Made by a program: the position numbers and the translations under genes. Shown here in pieces: positions 1 through 10,301 of a DNA stretch of 64,000 nucleotides (the first letter of the stretch is position 1; every line of letters starts with the position of its first letter). A model generated the notes under the pieces. It had not been told where the DNA came from. It saw nothing but the letters and a program-made list of their open reading frames with translations, and made no database searches. The DNA comes from an uncultured delta proteobacterium. GTDB lineage: Bacteria > Desulfobacterota > WTBG01 > CAIYCZ01 > CAIRTM01. The stretch spans positions 1 to 64,000 of the forward strand of contig CAWDSQ010000035.1 in NCBI GenBank assembly GCA_963804955.1, written 5' to 3'.

Positions 1-78
1 GGTGGTGGCGCTTTGTCTATGAAAAGACCTTTGAGCCGGAGAGGAGAAAGGGTGGGCTTGATAATTTGAATAATAATT

Positions 79-112
79 GCCGGACGTCCGCTGAGGCGGA
101 GGACCGGCCTAC
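79..112 (-). repeat. GTAG-type REP-like palindrome
   Basis: Minus strand reads GTAGGCCGGTCCTCCGCCTCAGCGGACGTCCGGC: GTAG foot plus an imperfect hairpin. Confidence 0.5.
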
Positions 113-130
113 ATTTTCGTAGAAGAATGC

Positions 131-663
131 TTACTTGCCGGGTAGGTTTTTGATGTTCTCTATAAACATTTTTGCGGAAAAGCTGAGATAGGTCCCCACC
201 AGCACCACGCGCTTGCGCTCCACATCAAGCACGTAGATGCTTACCCCTGAAGGCGATTTTTTTCCAAGCTTCAGCGTTGTGCTCGTCCCGCATTGACGGC
301 TACCGCCAGCTCCGGAGCATCAAGGCCGTACTGACCCATCTGCACCGGGTTTTCTTCCACAATGCTCAGCACCACAGTGTCGAGCATGGCCGACACCATG
401 CTTTCGCACTGTTCCAGGGAGGGCTTCCGCGCGGGAGGATCCGTTACCTCCCATTTGAGGTTTTTGCGGCCAAGGATGACGCTCTTGCCGGCAGAGGTAA
501 TGCTGACGGATTCTATGTCGCTCTGGGCAAGGTCGAACATCTTTTCATAATCGCCCCGCTGTGCCGGCTTTTGTATTTTTAAGGCGGGCTTTTCAAATAC
601 CAGAACGTATATGAGCAGGCCTGAAAAAATAAGTGCCCATGTTATAAGGCGCCGGATGTTCAT
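131..663 (-). CDS. DUF4340 domain protein (GldG-cluster associated), one frameshift near 285
   Basis: N-terminal TM helix and YGLDAP motif; another frame continues TLKLGKKSPSGVSIYV...NLPGK to TAA at 131; lies downstream of the GldG-like gene. Confidence 0.75.
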
Positions 664-2036
664 CTCTTAAAACGCCTCCATGCAACAACCATGATGCCGA
701 TAAGGAGCACCAGCGAGGGCTCAATCACCACGGCCGACCAGAAAACGAGCTTGCTTTGAAGCTCGGTGAGGAAGAACATGGAAATGGGCCCCCCGCCCGA
801 TTTTGACCGCGCTGAGAGCATGCCGCTGTTTTCGGCAAGCCAGTTCACCGTGTTCAGGAAAAAATCCTTGTCCCCGAGAATATTAATGTAATGGTTGGTG
901 GCGAAAGCCGAATTGCCCATGGTGATGAGAATGCCCTGCGGCGGAGCCTGGCCCTGCGCAGCACCGCCCTCCACAGGGGTGATAACGGCAACCGGCACCG
1001 GGCCTCGCATGTCCTGGCCGGGGTTAAAAGTGACGGTGTTGGTGCGCACGCTCTGGGTATCTGTTTCGGCCCAGCTTTCCTTGCCAGACAGGGCAAGCAC
1101 ATTTGTAGCTGCATTTGCCAGGGGCACAACCGACCGGCATACCGGAAAGACGACAGCCTCGTTCATGTTGCGGGCTATGGGGTGGCGCTTGTCGGGTATG
1201 ATGATGGGCGTGAGATGGTCAAAGGTCATGAGCTTGCTTTGCGTATCGATCAGATAGTTGCGGCCCAGCTGTATCTGCTTTCCTGCCAGATAGTTCTCAA
1301 GAGCAGGCAGAGGAACCGGATCGCAGAGCATAAGCACCCTGCCGCCGCTTTTGAGATAGGTGTCGATCATATCAATTTCCCGGGGCAGGTAGTCTTTTTC
1401 GGGTCCTGCAATAATCAGCGCCTGCGTATCAGCGGGCACTGCCTGCGCCTGCATCAGCAGCAGCTCTTCGACCCGGTAATTTTCAGCCTGCAGAGCCTTG
1501 CAGATCATGGAGTAGCTGTTTTTTGCGTCCGTACCGTAAATGTCCTTTTCGCCGTGGCCCTTCACGAAACGAACTGTTTTTTCCCTGTTTTCGGTGAGCT
1601 TGAGAATTGCGGTCAGCAGGCCGTCTTCAGAGACGGCAAACATTTTTTCCCGCCGTCCCTCATATTCCATAATGCCTGCGCCGTAGCCTTTCACGTTAAG
1701 GGCTTCTGCCCGCGCCGGGTTTTTTTCAAGATCCAGCAGTTCATAGATGAATGTATCTGTAGCGCGCGAAAAAAGCTCCAGCACATCCTGTATTTCCTGC
1801 TTCTCCTGGGGGCGATAAAAAACCGTGACGCGAAGGGGGCCTGATAGCTTGCCCAGCACCTGCACGGTCTGGTCAGCAAGCGTGTAGCGTTTTTCCGGCG
1901 TAAGATCGATGCGGAGGTTGTGCCGCACTGCGATAAGGTTTACGAGTATGAGCGAGCCGGCTACAAAAAAGACCAGCAGCGCAAGCTCGATCCAGTGCGC
2001 AATGGCCTGTTTCCTGAAGACGTCAAAAAATTTCAT
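660..2036 (-). CDS. GldG-family ABC-type uncharacterized transport system auxiliary protein
   Basis: DLTPEKRYTL, GHGEK and GDKDFFLNTVNWL motifs; N- and C-terminal TM helices. Confidence 0.85.
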   Translation of the reverse strand: MKFFDVFRKQAIAHWIELALLVFFVAGSLILVNLIAVRHNLRIDLTPEKRYTLADQTVQVLGKLSGPLRVTVFYRPQEKQEIQDVLELFSRATDTFIYELLDLEKNPARAEALNVKGYGAGIMEYEGRREKMFAVSEDGLLTAILKLTENREKTVRFVKGHGEKDIYGTDAKNSYSMICKALQAENYRVEELLLMQAQAVPADTQALIIAGPEKDYLPREIDMIDTYLKSGGRVLMLCDPVPLPALENYLAGKQIQLGRNYLIDTQSKLMTFDHLTPIIIPDKRHPIARNMNEAVVFPVCRSVVPLANAATNVLALSGKESWAETDTQSVRTNTVTFNPGQDMRGPVPVAVITPVEGGAAQGQAPPQGILITMGNSAFATNHYINILGDKDFFLNTVNWLAENSGMLSARSKSGGGPISMFFLTELQSKLVFWSAVVIEPSLVLLIGIMVVAWRRFKR

Positions 2037-2773
2037 TTTATGCCCCTCCATTTCCGTGATTCGAGGGAGCATTTTGTCAGGAACAGGAAAAAAGCTGTCA
2101 CGCTCAGGTAATAGACAATATCGTTGATATCGATGACGCCCCGGATGAAATTTAAAAAATGTTCCGAGAACGACAGCTGGTGCAGCACCTTGACCACGGC
2201 TGATCCTGCAATGCCCTCGTTCCAGTCAAGGAACCACATGAGCAGCAGCACGCCGATTGTCGACATGGCTGCCACGACCTGGTTTTCGGTGAGCGAAGAC
2301 AGGAAAATGCCGCAGGCGATGCAGGCCCCGCCCATAAGCAAGAGCCCGAGATAGCAGGCCGCAAGCGGCGCCGGCTCGAGCTGGTAGACGATTTTCAGAA
2401 GCGCCGGATACAGCAGCGTCAGTGCCAGCATGAGGGCAAAAACCGCCAGGCAGGCAAGATATTTTCCCATGATGATCTGCCGGTCGCGAAGCGGGCTTGT
2501 GAAGAGCAGCTCGATGGTGCCCATTTTTTTTTCTTCGGCAAACAGGCGCATGGTCAAAAGCGGCAGCACCGATACGGTGACAAAGCGGATATCGTAGAAA
2601 GTCTGCTGCCAGAGCCCGAGCTTGACATCCGAGCCCACGAACATGACGAACATGACCATATTGGTATAGTAAAAGTAGCCCGACATGACCAGAAAGACCG
2701 TGGTCACCACATAGGCGATGAGCGAGGTGAAGTATGACCCCATTTCGCGCTTGGCGATTGTCAGGGTGTTCAT
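2033..2773 (-). CDS. GldF-like ABC-2 transporter permease
   Basis: LTMRLFAEEKKMGTIELLFTSP and SSLTENQVVAA motifs; six hydrophobic segments. Confidence 0.9.
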   Translation of the reverse strand: MNTLTIAKREMGSYFTSLIAYVVTTVFLVMSGYFYYTNMVMFVMFVGSDVKLGLWQQTFYDIRFVTVSVLPLLTMRLFAEEKKMGTIELLFTSPLRDRQIIMGKYLACLAVFALMLALTLLYPALLKIVYQLEPAPLAACYLGLLLMGGACIACGIFLSSLTENQVVAAMSTIGVLLLMWFLDWNEGIAGSAVVKVLHQLSFSEHFLNFIRGVIDINDIVYYLSVTAFFLFLTKCSLESRKWRGIK

Positions 2774-3720
2774 CGCCGGCGTACCTCCGTGTCATCTGCA
2801 ACAAGCTGTATGAAAATTTCCTCAAGCGTCATATCTACAGGCCGTATTTCCGCTAAGCTCCAGTTTCGGCCGCATATGGCCTGCGCAAGGCTGTTGATGA
2901 CCGGCAGGCCCTCTTCCACAGCGACGATGAAAGCATCGGGACCCTCAATGCCCGGCGTAACGGATACAACGCCCGGTATGCTGAGCATAGTCTGCGTGAT
3001 GGCATCGGCCGGCGCCTGTGCGCGAACGAGAATTTTGGGAGTCTGCTGCAGGCGGCGGGTGAGATTATGCGGCGTGTCTACCGCTACCAGCCGCCCCTCC
3101 TGAATGATGATAACCCGGTCGCACACAGCGCTCACTTCGGAGAGAATATGGGAGCTTAAAATGACGGTGCGTGAAGCGCCAAGGCCTTTGATGAGGCTGC
3201 GGATTTCGATGATCTGCTTCGGGTCGAGCCCGATGGTGGGCTCATCGAGAATCAGCACTTCCGGATCATGCAGCAGGGCCTGGGCAATGCCCACGCGCTG
3301 GCGGTAGCCCTTGGAGAGCTTGCCGATGAGCCGGTGCGCCACATGGGCAAGGCTGCATTTGTCAAGAACCTCGTCGATCCTTGCTGTGCGCTGCCGGGAC
3401 GCTATGCCCCGCACCTCGGCGAAGAACCGCAGATAGCTGCGCACGGGCATGTCAAGATACAGGGGCACGCTTTCCGGAAGGTAGCCGAGCTTGCGCCGCA
3501 CTTCCAGGGGCTCTTTTAAAATGTCATGGCCGCAGATACGCGCCGTGCCGCTGGTGGGCGGAAAGAAGCAGGTGAGCATGCGCATGGTCGTGGTTTTGCC
3601 CGAGCCGTTCGGCCCGAGAAAGCCCATGATCTCGCCCTCGCTCACGTCAAATGACAGGTCGATGACGCCGCGGCTGTTGCTGTAGTATTTGGTCAGGTGG
3701 TCGACTTCAATGGCGTGCAT
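2770..3720 (-). CDS. GldA-like ABC transporter ATP-binding protein
   Basis: Walker A GPNGSGKTT, LSKGYRQRVG signature, ILDEPT Walker B. Confidence 0.92.
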   Translation of the reverse strand: MHAIEVDHLTKYYSNSRGVIDLSFDVSEGEIMGFLGPNGSGKTTTMRMLTCFFPPTSGTARICGHDILKEPLEVRRKLGYLPESVPLYLDMPVRSYLRFFAEVRGIASRQRTARIDEVLDKCSLAHVAHRLIGKLSKGYRQRVGIAQALLHDPEVLILDEPTIGLDPKQIIEIRSLIKGLGASRTVILSSHILSEVSAVCDRVIIIQEGRLVAVDTPHNLTRRLQQTPKILVRAQAPADAITQTMLSIPGVVSVTPGIEGPDAFIVAVEEGLPVINSLAQAICGRNWSLAEIRPVDMTLEEIFIQLVADDTEVRRR

Positions 3721-3816
3721 AATCAATTGTGCTCATTGTCCTGCAAAAACAAACATTTCCCGGATATCCCCGGGACTTGTTTTATTATCATCAAAGCCCT
3801 GCGCTGTCAATTTTCC

Positions 3817-5144
3817 TTATTCATCGTCAAGGTCGGCGATGAGGGGCAGGGGCGCGCTGGCAGGCAGTTCCTGCACGCCTTTCAATTTGCGCTCGATGGT
3901 GCGGGATTTGCGGGAGGCGTCCTCAATGGTGTTGCTGGCCTCCTGCAGTTTTTTGTGGGTTTTGTCTAGCAGGTCGCCGAAATTGCCGAATTCTTTTTTT
4001 ACCGTTCCTAAAAGCGACCACACCTCGCTTGAACGCTTTTCAATCGTGAGCGTGCGGAAGCCCATCTGGAGGCTGTTGAGAAGCGCGGCAAGCGTCGTGG
4101 GCCCGGTTACCACAATGCGGTGATCGCGCTGCAGCCCTTCGCACAGACCGGGGCGCCGGAGCACCTCGGCATAGAGGCTTTCGACCGGTACATACATTAT
4201 GCCGAAGTCGGTCGTATGCGGCGGGTCGATATATTTTTCCTGAATTTTTTTTGCCTCGTTTTTTATAAACCGTTCAAGGCTTTTTGACGCCTCTTCCAGA
4301 AGAGCCGGGTCGGCTTTTTCCTGTGCCTCAAGCAGCTTCTGGTAATCTGAATCGGGAAACTTGGCGTCAATCGGGAGCCAGACTTCGCTGTCGTTTTGCT
4401 CGCGCCCCGGAAGGCGTATCGCAAATTCGACCCTGTCGCTGCTGCCTTTTTTAGTGGCCACATTGCAGGCGTACTGATCTTTTGTGAAAAGCTCCTCAAG
4501 CAGGAAGCCCAGGCTCATATCTCGCCCCAGGTGCCCCGTGTTTTTACATTGGTGAGCACTTTTTTAAGATCCCCCACGCCGGCGGCAAGGCTTTGCATTT
4601 CCCCCAGCCCGCGGTGCACCTGCTCGAGCCGGTCGCCGACGAGCTTGAACGACTCCCCGAGGCGCTGCTCAAGCGTTGCGTGCAGCTTTTCATCAACCGT
4701 CTGGCGCATGGCCTCAAGCTTTCGGCTGTTGTCCTCCTGCAGCTGCCGGAGCCGCTGCTCCACGGTCAGGCGCACAGCCTCAAGCTTTTCTTCATTGACT
4801 TTGGTGAGGGAGGTGAGCTGGTTTGAAAACGTATCCAGCTGCTGCTTCTGCAGCGTTGCAATATCGGTCATGCGCGACAGCAGCGAATCCCCGAGCGTTG
4901 TAAAACCTGCAGCAAGCTCCTGCCGGGCAAGCTGGGCAGTATGCCCGGCCTCGCTGCGCCCCTGAGCCATCTCGGCTTTGAGCGCGGCTTCGATCCGCTG
5001 CTGGTTTTTTTCATAATTTTCAAGGAGGGCTTCGATTTTTAGCAGCTCTTTGCCCTTTTTGGCAAAGAGCTGCAGTATCCCTGCCACAGCCCCTGCCGCG
5101 GCACAGATGAGAATACTAACAAGAAGAATGTCTGTCATAGCCAT
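3817..5144 (-). CDS. rmuC: DNA recombination protein RmuC (frameshift near 4515)
   Basis: Coiled coil plus NVKTRGTWGE / LPIDAKFP / YIDPPHTTDF motifs split over two adjacent ORFs. Confidence 0.9.
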
Positions 5145-5373
5145 AGTCTTTTATTGTTTGAATGAAACACCTTTTAGAGCCTTTTTGGTTTTTGTAATGG
5201 CCCTGCAGTTGCAGGTCCGGGTGTTGAAGACTATAAGGGTTTTTTTGAGGCGCTCTTTGAGCCCGCTATTTGCATATCAGAAGAGCGTTTTCCTGCCGCC
5301 AATTTTTATGAAAACATGTGCAGGCATATTTACTCTATCGAATACCAGAACTGGGCGTAAGTGTATATAATTT

Positions 5374-5401
5374 TTGACAAAAAATTTTATTATGCTATAG
5401 T
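5374..5401 (+). promoter_or_regulatory. sigma70 promoter of the tRNA operon
   Basis: TTGACA-N16-TATAGT 15 bp upstream of tRNA-Arg. Confidence 0.7.
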
Positions 5402-5416
5402 TTCACGCTCGGCGAT

Positions 5417-5493
<77 letters not shown>

Positions 5494-5546
5494 TACAGCG
5501 CCTGGCCCCGAACAGCAGCGCGCCGTGACAGACTTGCATTTTCAGT

Positions 5547-5620
5547 GGTGGGTGTAGCTCAGTGGTTAGAGCACCAGGTTGTGGCCCTGGGGGCCGAGGG
5601 TTCAAGTCCCTTCATCCACC
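5547..5620 (+). tRNA. tRNA-His(GTG)
   Basis: G-1 and C73; anticodon arm CCAGG-TT GTG GC-CCTGG; CCA not encoded. Confidence 0.96.
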
Positions 5621-5635
5621 CTCTTCTATTTGAAC

Positions 5636-5680
5636 AAGCAAAGAAAGCCGATGCACGACGCATCGGCTTTCTTTGCTTTA
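5636..5680. terminator. Bidirectional intrinsic terminator
   Basis: 19-bp perfect inverted repeat AAGCAAAGAAAGCCGATGC / GCATCGGCTTTCTTTGCTT between convergent units. Confidence 0.85.
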
Positions 5681-5722
5681 TATGTTTTTGGCTACGGTGC
5701 TGGTTGCAGCTTTACGATTGTG

Positions 5723-8170
5723 CTACCGCTGAAACCCGCGCTGACCCCAGGGCTGCTGCTGGACAGGCTGCGGCGCTCTCTGCTGGCGACCGCCAGACGG
5801 CTGCTGTATGGTCCGGGGCTGCTGTCGCGGCTCGGGCGCGCTTTCCCGTGGCTGCTGTATGGTCCGGGGCTGTTGTCGCGGCTCGGGTGCGCTTTCGCGC
5901 GGCTGCTGTATGATCCGGGGCTGCTGTCGCGGCTCGGGTGCGCTTTCGCGCGGCTGCTGTATGATCCGGGGCTGCTGTCGCGGCTCGGGCGCGCTTTCCC
6001 GTGGCTGCTGTATGATCCGGGGCTGCTGTCGCGGCTCGGGTGCGCTTTCGCGCGGCTGCTGTATGGTCCGGGGCTGCTGTCGCGGCTCGGGTGCGCTTTC
6101 GCGCGGCTGCTGTATGATCCGGGGCTGCTGTCGCGGCTCGGGTGCGCTTTCGCGCGGCTGCTGTATGATCCGGGGCTGCTGTCGCGGCTCGGGCGCGCTT
6201 TCCCGTGGCTGCTGTATGATCCGGGGCTGCTGTCGCGGCTCGGGCTTCTGGAATACAGGAGGCTCGGGTCTTACGGGCCGTTCCGGACGTGCTTCGTCAC
6301 GGTCGGGCCGCATACCGGGCTTATTCTCGTCAGACTCACGAACCGGCTGCTGTTTATGAACGCCAGGCCCCTTGTCTTCATCCTGCCGGGGGGGGCGCAG
6401 CCGGTCTCTGTCAGGCTCGGGTCGGTCTTTTCCCGCCTCGGGCAACCGGGGTTTTTCACTGCCCCGATCAGGTTTTCTCTCCATATCCAATCCTGTGCGT
6501 TCAGTTCTGTCCCGGTCCGCATCAAAAGACGGTTTTTCCCTCAGCGGCTCTTGTGCTTTAAGCTGCTCTGGTTTTACCTGTCCCGACGGCTTGAGCTCGC
6601 GGGTGGGGAAAAGGGTACGTGCTTTTGGTCTGTTAACATCGCGATCAGGCACCAGCTTATCGGAAACCTGCAGGGGCCGGCCTTTCATAATGCTCCCATC
6701 CGCAGGCCTGCCGGACTTCATCCGATCCAGCTTCTGCGCGATGGCAGATGCGTTCTGCCTGTCGCCGCGCTTTGCAGCGGCGAGATTCTGCTGGATGCGC
6801 TCGCGCACGGTTTGATGCGGTTTCTGGCGCACATTAATGTCGGCGAAGTTATATTTTCCAAGAGCGTTTTTATGATTTTTGAGCACGAGATCGTTCACCA
6901 TCGGCGAGCCGCGGTAGCTTTTCGCGATTGTCGCCCTGTCGACATTTCTGATGCGAATGTCATTATAGTTGTTGACCGTATAGAAATTATTCTGATTTAC
7001 CACCACGGCATGGTCTTCATAATGGTGCCTGCCGTGACGGCCGTCGTGCCGGTCATGGTGATCATCGTAGATATTGATCGATACGATAGCCGAAGGGCCC
7101 CAGTAGTTGCGGCAGTAGTAGGGCTCATACGGAGCAAGGGGCACCCAGCCGACATAGGTATCCGTATATATCCATGACACGCGGCCCGGATACCAGCCAT
7201 AGCTGATCGTGTATGACGGCGCCACCGCAATGCCCACAGCCATAACAGGCGGAGCCCAGTACCAGCGGCGGGAGGCATCGACATACACCCATGAGCCGTA
7301 ATGGTGCGTCACGTAGCCGAACGGCTCTGCCGGGATCCAGACCTGATCGCCGTACCAGGTGGTCCAGCGGCCGCAGGTGTAGGGCGCCCAGCCGGCGCTG
7401 ACATGGGTGGGCCGCCAGAATTGACGATACCCGCCATCGTAATTGACGCTTTCCCAGCTGCCCTGCTCTTCAAGAACATAGGCCTCGCTGTGCAGCTGCT
7501 CCGGCAGATGGCGTACGGTTTCGCCCCTGGGCTCAAGCCGCTGCTGCCAGAGGCGGTCGCGGTCGGCATTCCAGCTGTTCCATGAGGCATCGGTCAGGCC
7601 CTCGCCCGACGTGACCTGTGAGCGGTTGGCAACGATGGAAGAGGCTCCCGCCCGCACGTCGTATTTTGTGGAGCCTGAGGGGTGCACATAATTTACCGTC
7701 CCGTTAACGGCGATTACCTCCATGGACTCATCGCCCGCATACAGATCAAAAACCGTGCCCGCGGGGGCGATGACCTGCCCGAACGGTGTGGTTGCCCTGA
7801 TGATGGTGTTTGAGCTGTTGTTGTAAAACCGCGCCGTGCCCGAGGCTATATCGATTTCGGTCGCATCTTCGGCCAGCCGCAGCAGCTGCGCCTGCGTGCT
7901 GCCGCCAATGCGCAGCATGGTGCTGTTGGGCATGATGATTTCGGCCCGCGTGTTTTTGTCGGCATAGAGCGCATCCTCAAGCCCGAACGGCGCATCCTTC
8001 ACCGTAGCCACCCAATCCTTGTTTTCAGGCACATAGCGCAGCAACTGCCCTTCCACATGGTCGATATGGCCTACCAGAATGGGCTGTTTCTGCTGCTGAC
8101 CGGATGCAGGGGCAACCGCGGCAAGCAGCACAACAGCAATCAGGCATAACATCCATCGCATTGTCTTCAT
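5723..8170 (-). CDS. Secreted FecR-domain / DUF6600-like protein with Pro/Gln/Arg-rich repetitive tail
   Basis: Signal peptide, FecR-like RAEI..GSTLRIG region, WAPY..GRW..W.P.EPFGY.T.HYG.W motif, VGWVPLAP. Confidence 0.85.
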   Translation of the reverse strand: MKTMRWMLCLIAVVLLAAVAPASGQQQKQPILVGHIDHVEGQLLRYVPENKDWVATVKDAPFGLEDALYADKNTRAEIIMPNSTMLRIGGSTQAQLLRLAEDATEIDIASGTARFYNNSSNTIIRATTPFGQVIAPAGTVFDLYAGDESMEVIAVNGTVNYVHPSGSTKYDVRAGASSIVANRSQVTSGEGLTDASWNSWNADRDRLWQQRLEPRGETVRHLPEQLHSEAYVLEEQGSWESVNYDGGYRQFWRPTHVSAGWAPYTCGRWTTWYGDQVWIPAEPFGYVTHHYGSWVYVDASRRWYWAPPVMAVGIAVAPSYTISYGWYPGRVSWIYTDTYVGWVPLAPYEPYYCRNYWGPSAIVSINIYDDHHDRHDGRHGRHHYEDHAVVVNQNNFYTVNNYNDIRIRNVDRATIAKSYRGSPMVNDLVLKNHKNALGKYNFADINVRQKPHQTVRERIQQNLAAAKRGDRQNASAIAQKLDRMKSGRPADGSIMKGRPLQVSDKLVPDRDVNRPKARTLFPTRELKPSGQVKPEQLKAQEPLREKPSFDADRDRTERTGLDMERKPDRGSEKPRLPEAGKDRPEPDRDRLRPPRQDEDKGPGVHKQQPVRESDENKPGMRPDRDEARPERPVRPEPPVFQKPEPRQQPRIIQQPRESAPEPRQQPRIIQQPRESAPEPRQQPRIIQQPRESAPEPRQQPRTIQQPRESAPEPRQQPRIIQQPRESAPEPRQQPRIIQQPRESAPEPRQQPRIIQQPRESAPEPRQQPRTIQQPRESAPEPRQQPRTIQQPSGGRQQRAPQPVQQQPWGQRGFQR
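5799..6245. repeat. Intragenic 51-bp tandem repeat, about 8.8 copies (PEPRQQPR[I/T]IQQPRESA)
   Basis: Near-identical units starting at 5799, 5850, 5901, 5952, 6003, 6054, 6105, 6156 and 6207. Confidence 0.97.
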
Positions 8171-8215
8171 AGCTCCACTCCTTGTGTAGTAATTAGTACA
8201 TGTTTTATTCTATAC

Positions 8216-8230
8216 ACACAAGCCGTGCCA
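8216..8230 (-). promoter_or_regulatory. Possible sigma54 (-24/-12) promoter for the FecR/DUF6600 gene
   Basis: TGGCACGGCTTGTGT; perfect -24 element, deviant -12. Confidence 0.4.
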
Positions 8231-8356
8231 GATGTGGTCTCATACTACTAAGTTACTATAATAGCATGTTATTTTTATAATCTGCGTAAAAGGCAAAAAA
8301 AAAGATGTCCAAATTATCAAACACCGTACAGCCAATAAACAAGGATAATCTTATAG

Positions 8357-9016
8357 TTAATCAATTGGGTGAACGGGGCTCCCGTCCTTTTTTTCAGACA
8401 GTTGCCCTCCCGTTTCAGCGCTGTAGGCAATGTCGCTGCTGCGCAGCCCGTAGGCCTGCGCAAGCAGCTCATTTTTTTGCCTGGGCAGCTCGAAAAGCCC
8501 GGGCTGGTAGTGGTTGAGTCCGTACTTTTGAAGCAGGCGCTGTTCAAGCTCCTCCTGCGATACGGCCCGGTCGGGAGAGAGAATATGCTCGACGCGAACC
8601 CCCCGGCCGGCAAGCTCGCGGGAGACAAGAACGAACCGGTGACAGTCAAACGGATCACGCTCAGCGCACATAAGGGCGATGCGCAGCCCTTTTTTAATGC
8701 CCCTGATGACCCGGTCGATGCCTGCCTGAAATGCGGGCATAAGGCGCACGCGGCTGAAATCGACCCGGCCTTCCGGGGTGAGCACAGAGGGCTTGCTGTG
8801 GCGCGCACCGAGGCTGTCGCCGAGATACAGGTACCGGATGTCGGCCAGCTGCAGGTCGGTTTTTATGCTTTCGCGGTTGAACTGAGGCTGGCGGCGGCTG
8901 TAGGGCGCGCTGCGAACATCGACAGCGCAGTTCACGCCATGGGCAAGCAGCATGCGCACAAAGGTGTCGATGCTGTGGTTTGAATGCCCTATGCTGTAGC
9001 AGGAAAGCTCTTTCAC
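8357..9016 (-). CDS. DUF488 family protein
   Basis: YSIGHSNH, DVRSAPYSR, LMCAERDPFDCHR motifs. Confidence 0.9.
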   Translation of the reverse strand: MKELSCYSIGHSNHSIDTFVRMLLAHGVNCAVDVRSAPYSRRQPQFNRESIKTDLQLADIRYLYLGDSLGARHSKPSVLTPEGRVDFSRVRLMPAFQAGIDRVIRGIKKGLRIALMCAERDPFDCHRFVLVSRELAGRGVRVEHILSPDRAVSQEELEQRLLQKYGLNHYQPGLFELPRQKNELLAQAYGLRSSDIAYSAETGGQLSEKKDGSPVHPID

Positions 9017-9113
9017 GGTTGCTCTTGTTCCGCAGTTGTGTATAATCGGCAGCGGAAGATGTATACCCGCAAGCAGGCTTTTTACAAAGAACTTTTTGCA
9101 CGGAGCATGTTAT

Positions 9114-9479
9114 ATGCCCGTCTTTGTCGTGCAGAAGCACCATGCCACAACCCTGCATTATGACTTCCGGCTTGAGAAAGACGGGGTTCTCAAGAGCTGG
9201 GCCGTGCCCAAAGGCATAGCGCCGGAAAAGGGCGTTAAGCGCCTGGCTGTGGAGGTCGAAGACCATGACCGAGAGTATGCCGGTTTCGAGGGCGATATTC
9301 CCGAAGGGCAGTATGGCGCAGGCAGGGTTGAAATCTGGGATGCCGGCACCTATGAAGAAGAGGAGTGGGCTCCCGGCAAAATTGTTTTTGCCCTTCATGG
9401 CAAAAAGCTGAGGGGCCGCTTCTGCCTTATCCGCTTTGCAAAGGCCGGAGAGAAAAACTGGCTTCTCTTCGCATTATAA
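9114..9479 (+). CDS. Stand-alone LigD 3'-phosphoesterase domain protein
   Basis: FVVQKHHATTLHYDFRLE..GVLKSWAVPKG, RLAVEVEDH, YGAG.V.IWD.G. Confidence 0.92.
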   Translation: MPVFVVQKHHATTLHYDFRLEKDGVLKSWAVPKGIAPEKGVKRLAVEVEDHDREYAGFEGDIPEGQYGAGRVEIWDAGTYEEEEWAPGKIVFALHGKKLRGRFCLIRFAKAGEKNWLLFAL

Positions 9480-9530
9480 AAGGCCTGCCCGCCCGCTCTG
9501 TTGCGAGCGAGCAGGCAATTTTTATGATTT

Positions 9531-10301
9531 ATGCTTATTGACACCCACTGTCATTTAAATGATCCGGCCTTTACCGAAAAGCTGCCCGGTGTGATTGAAC
9601 GGGCTCAGGCAGCCGGCATTGGCGCGTGCATTGTGCCTGCCTATGACCGTGCATCGCTGCCGCGAACTGCGGCGCTTGCGCGGCAGTTCGCGCATTTTAT
9701 TGTCCCGGCATACGGCCTGCATCCATGGTTTGTCGGCCAGGGTATAGATATCGATGAGCTCAGGGCGTATCTTGTGCAGCCCGGCATCGTGGCTGTGGGT
9801 GAGATCGGTCTTGATTTTTCGCCCGAATGCCCACCGCCGGAAGCGCAGAGGGAGCCGTTCAGGCTGCAGCTTGACCTTGCGGCAGAGCTCGGCCTGCCCG
9901 TGCTTCTCCACTGCCGTAAGGCGCATGATGAGCTTTTAAAAATTTTAACACGGTATAAAGGAGTGCTGAGCGGCGTGCTGCATTCATTCTCCGGCGGAAG
10001 GGATATGGCTCTGCGGTTCATCGAGCTTGGTTTTCATATTGCATTTTCCGGCTCGGTGACGCGGACAACGGCAAAAAAATATCACAGGACCGCGGCAGGG
10101 ATTCCGCTTGATTCTCTGCTGGTTGAAACCGACGCGCCATCCATTGCCACGCAAACCACCCTTGCCTCGCAGGTGGAGCCGCGGCATACGGTTGAGGTGG
10201 CCCTCACCATTGCCGGGCTTCGCGGCAGCACGTTTGAAGAGATTGCGCAGGCAACAACAGAGAATGCCCGGCGGCTGTTCGGCCTGCAGGGGATTATGTG
10301 A
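9531..10301 (+). CDS. tatD: TatD family hydrolase
   Basis: LIDTHCHL, GLHP, VGEIGLD, LHSFSG, ETDAP. Confidence 0.92.
   Translation: MLIDTHCHLNDPAFTEKLPGVIERAQAAGIGACIVPAYDRASLPRTAALARQFAHFIVPAYGLHPWFVGQGIDIDELRAYLVQPGIVAVGEIGLDFSPECPPPEAQREPFRLQLDLAAELGLPVLLHCRKAHDELLKILTRYKGVLSGVLHSFSGGRDMALRFIELGFHIAFSGSVTRTTAKKYHRTAAGIPLDSLLVETDAPSIATQTTLASQVEPRHTVEVALTIAGLRGSTFEEIAQATTENARRLFGLQGIM

Noticed and set aside
5799..6245. CRISPR array
   Set aside because: Contiguous tandem units with no unique spacers; in frame within a CDS; no cas genes.
5579..7177. 532-aa plus-strand ORF and other long antisense ORFs (e.g. 891-1844, 47489-48619, 56927-57841)
   Set aside because: Shadows of real genes on the opposite strand in GC-rich DNA.
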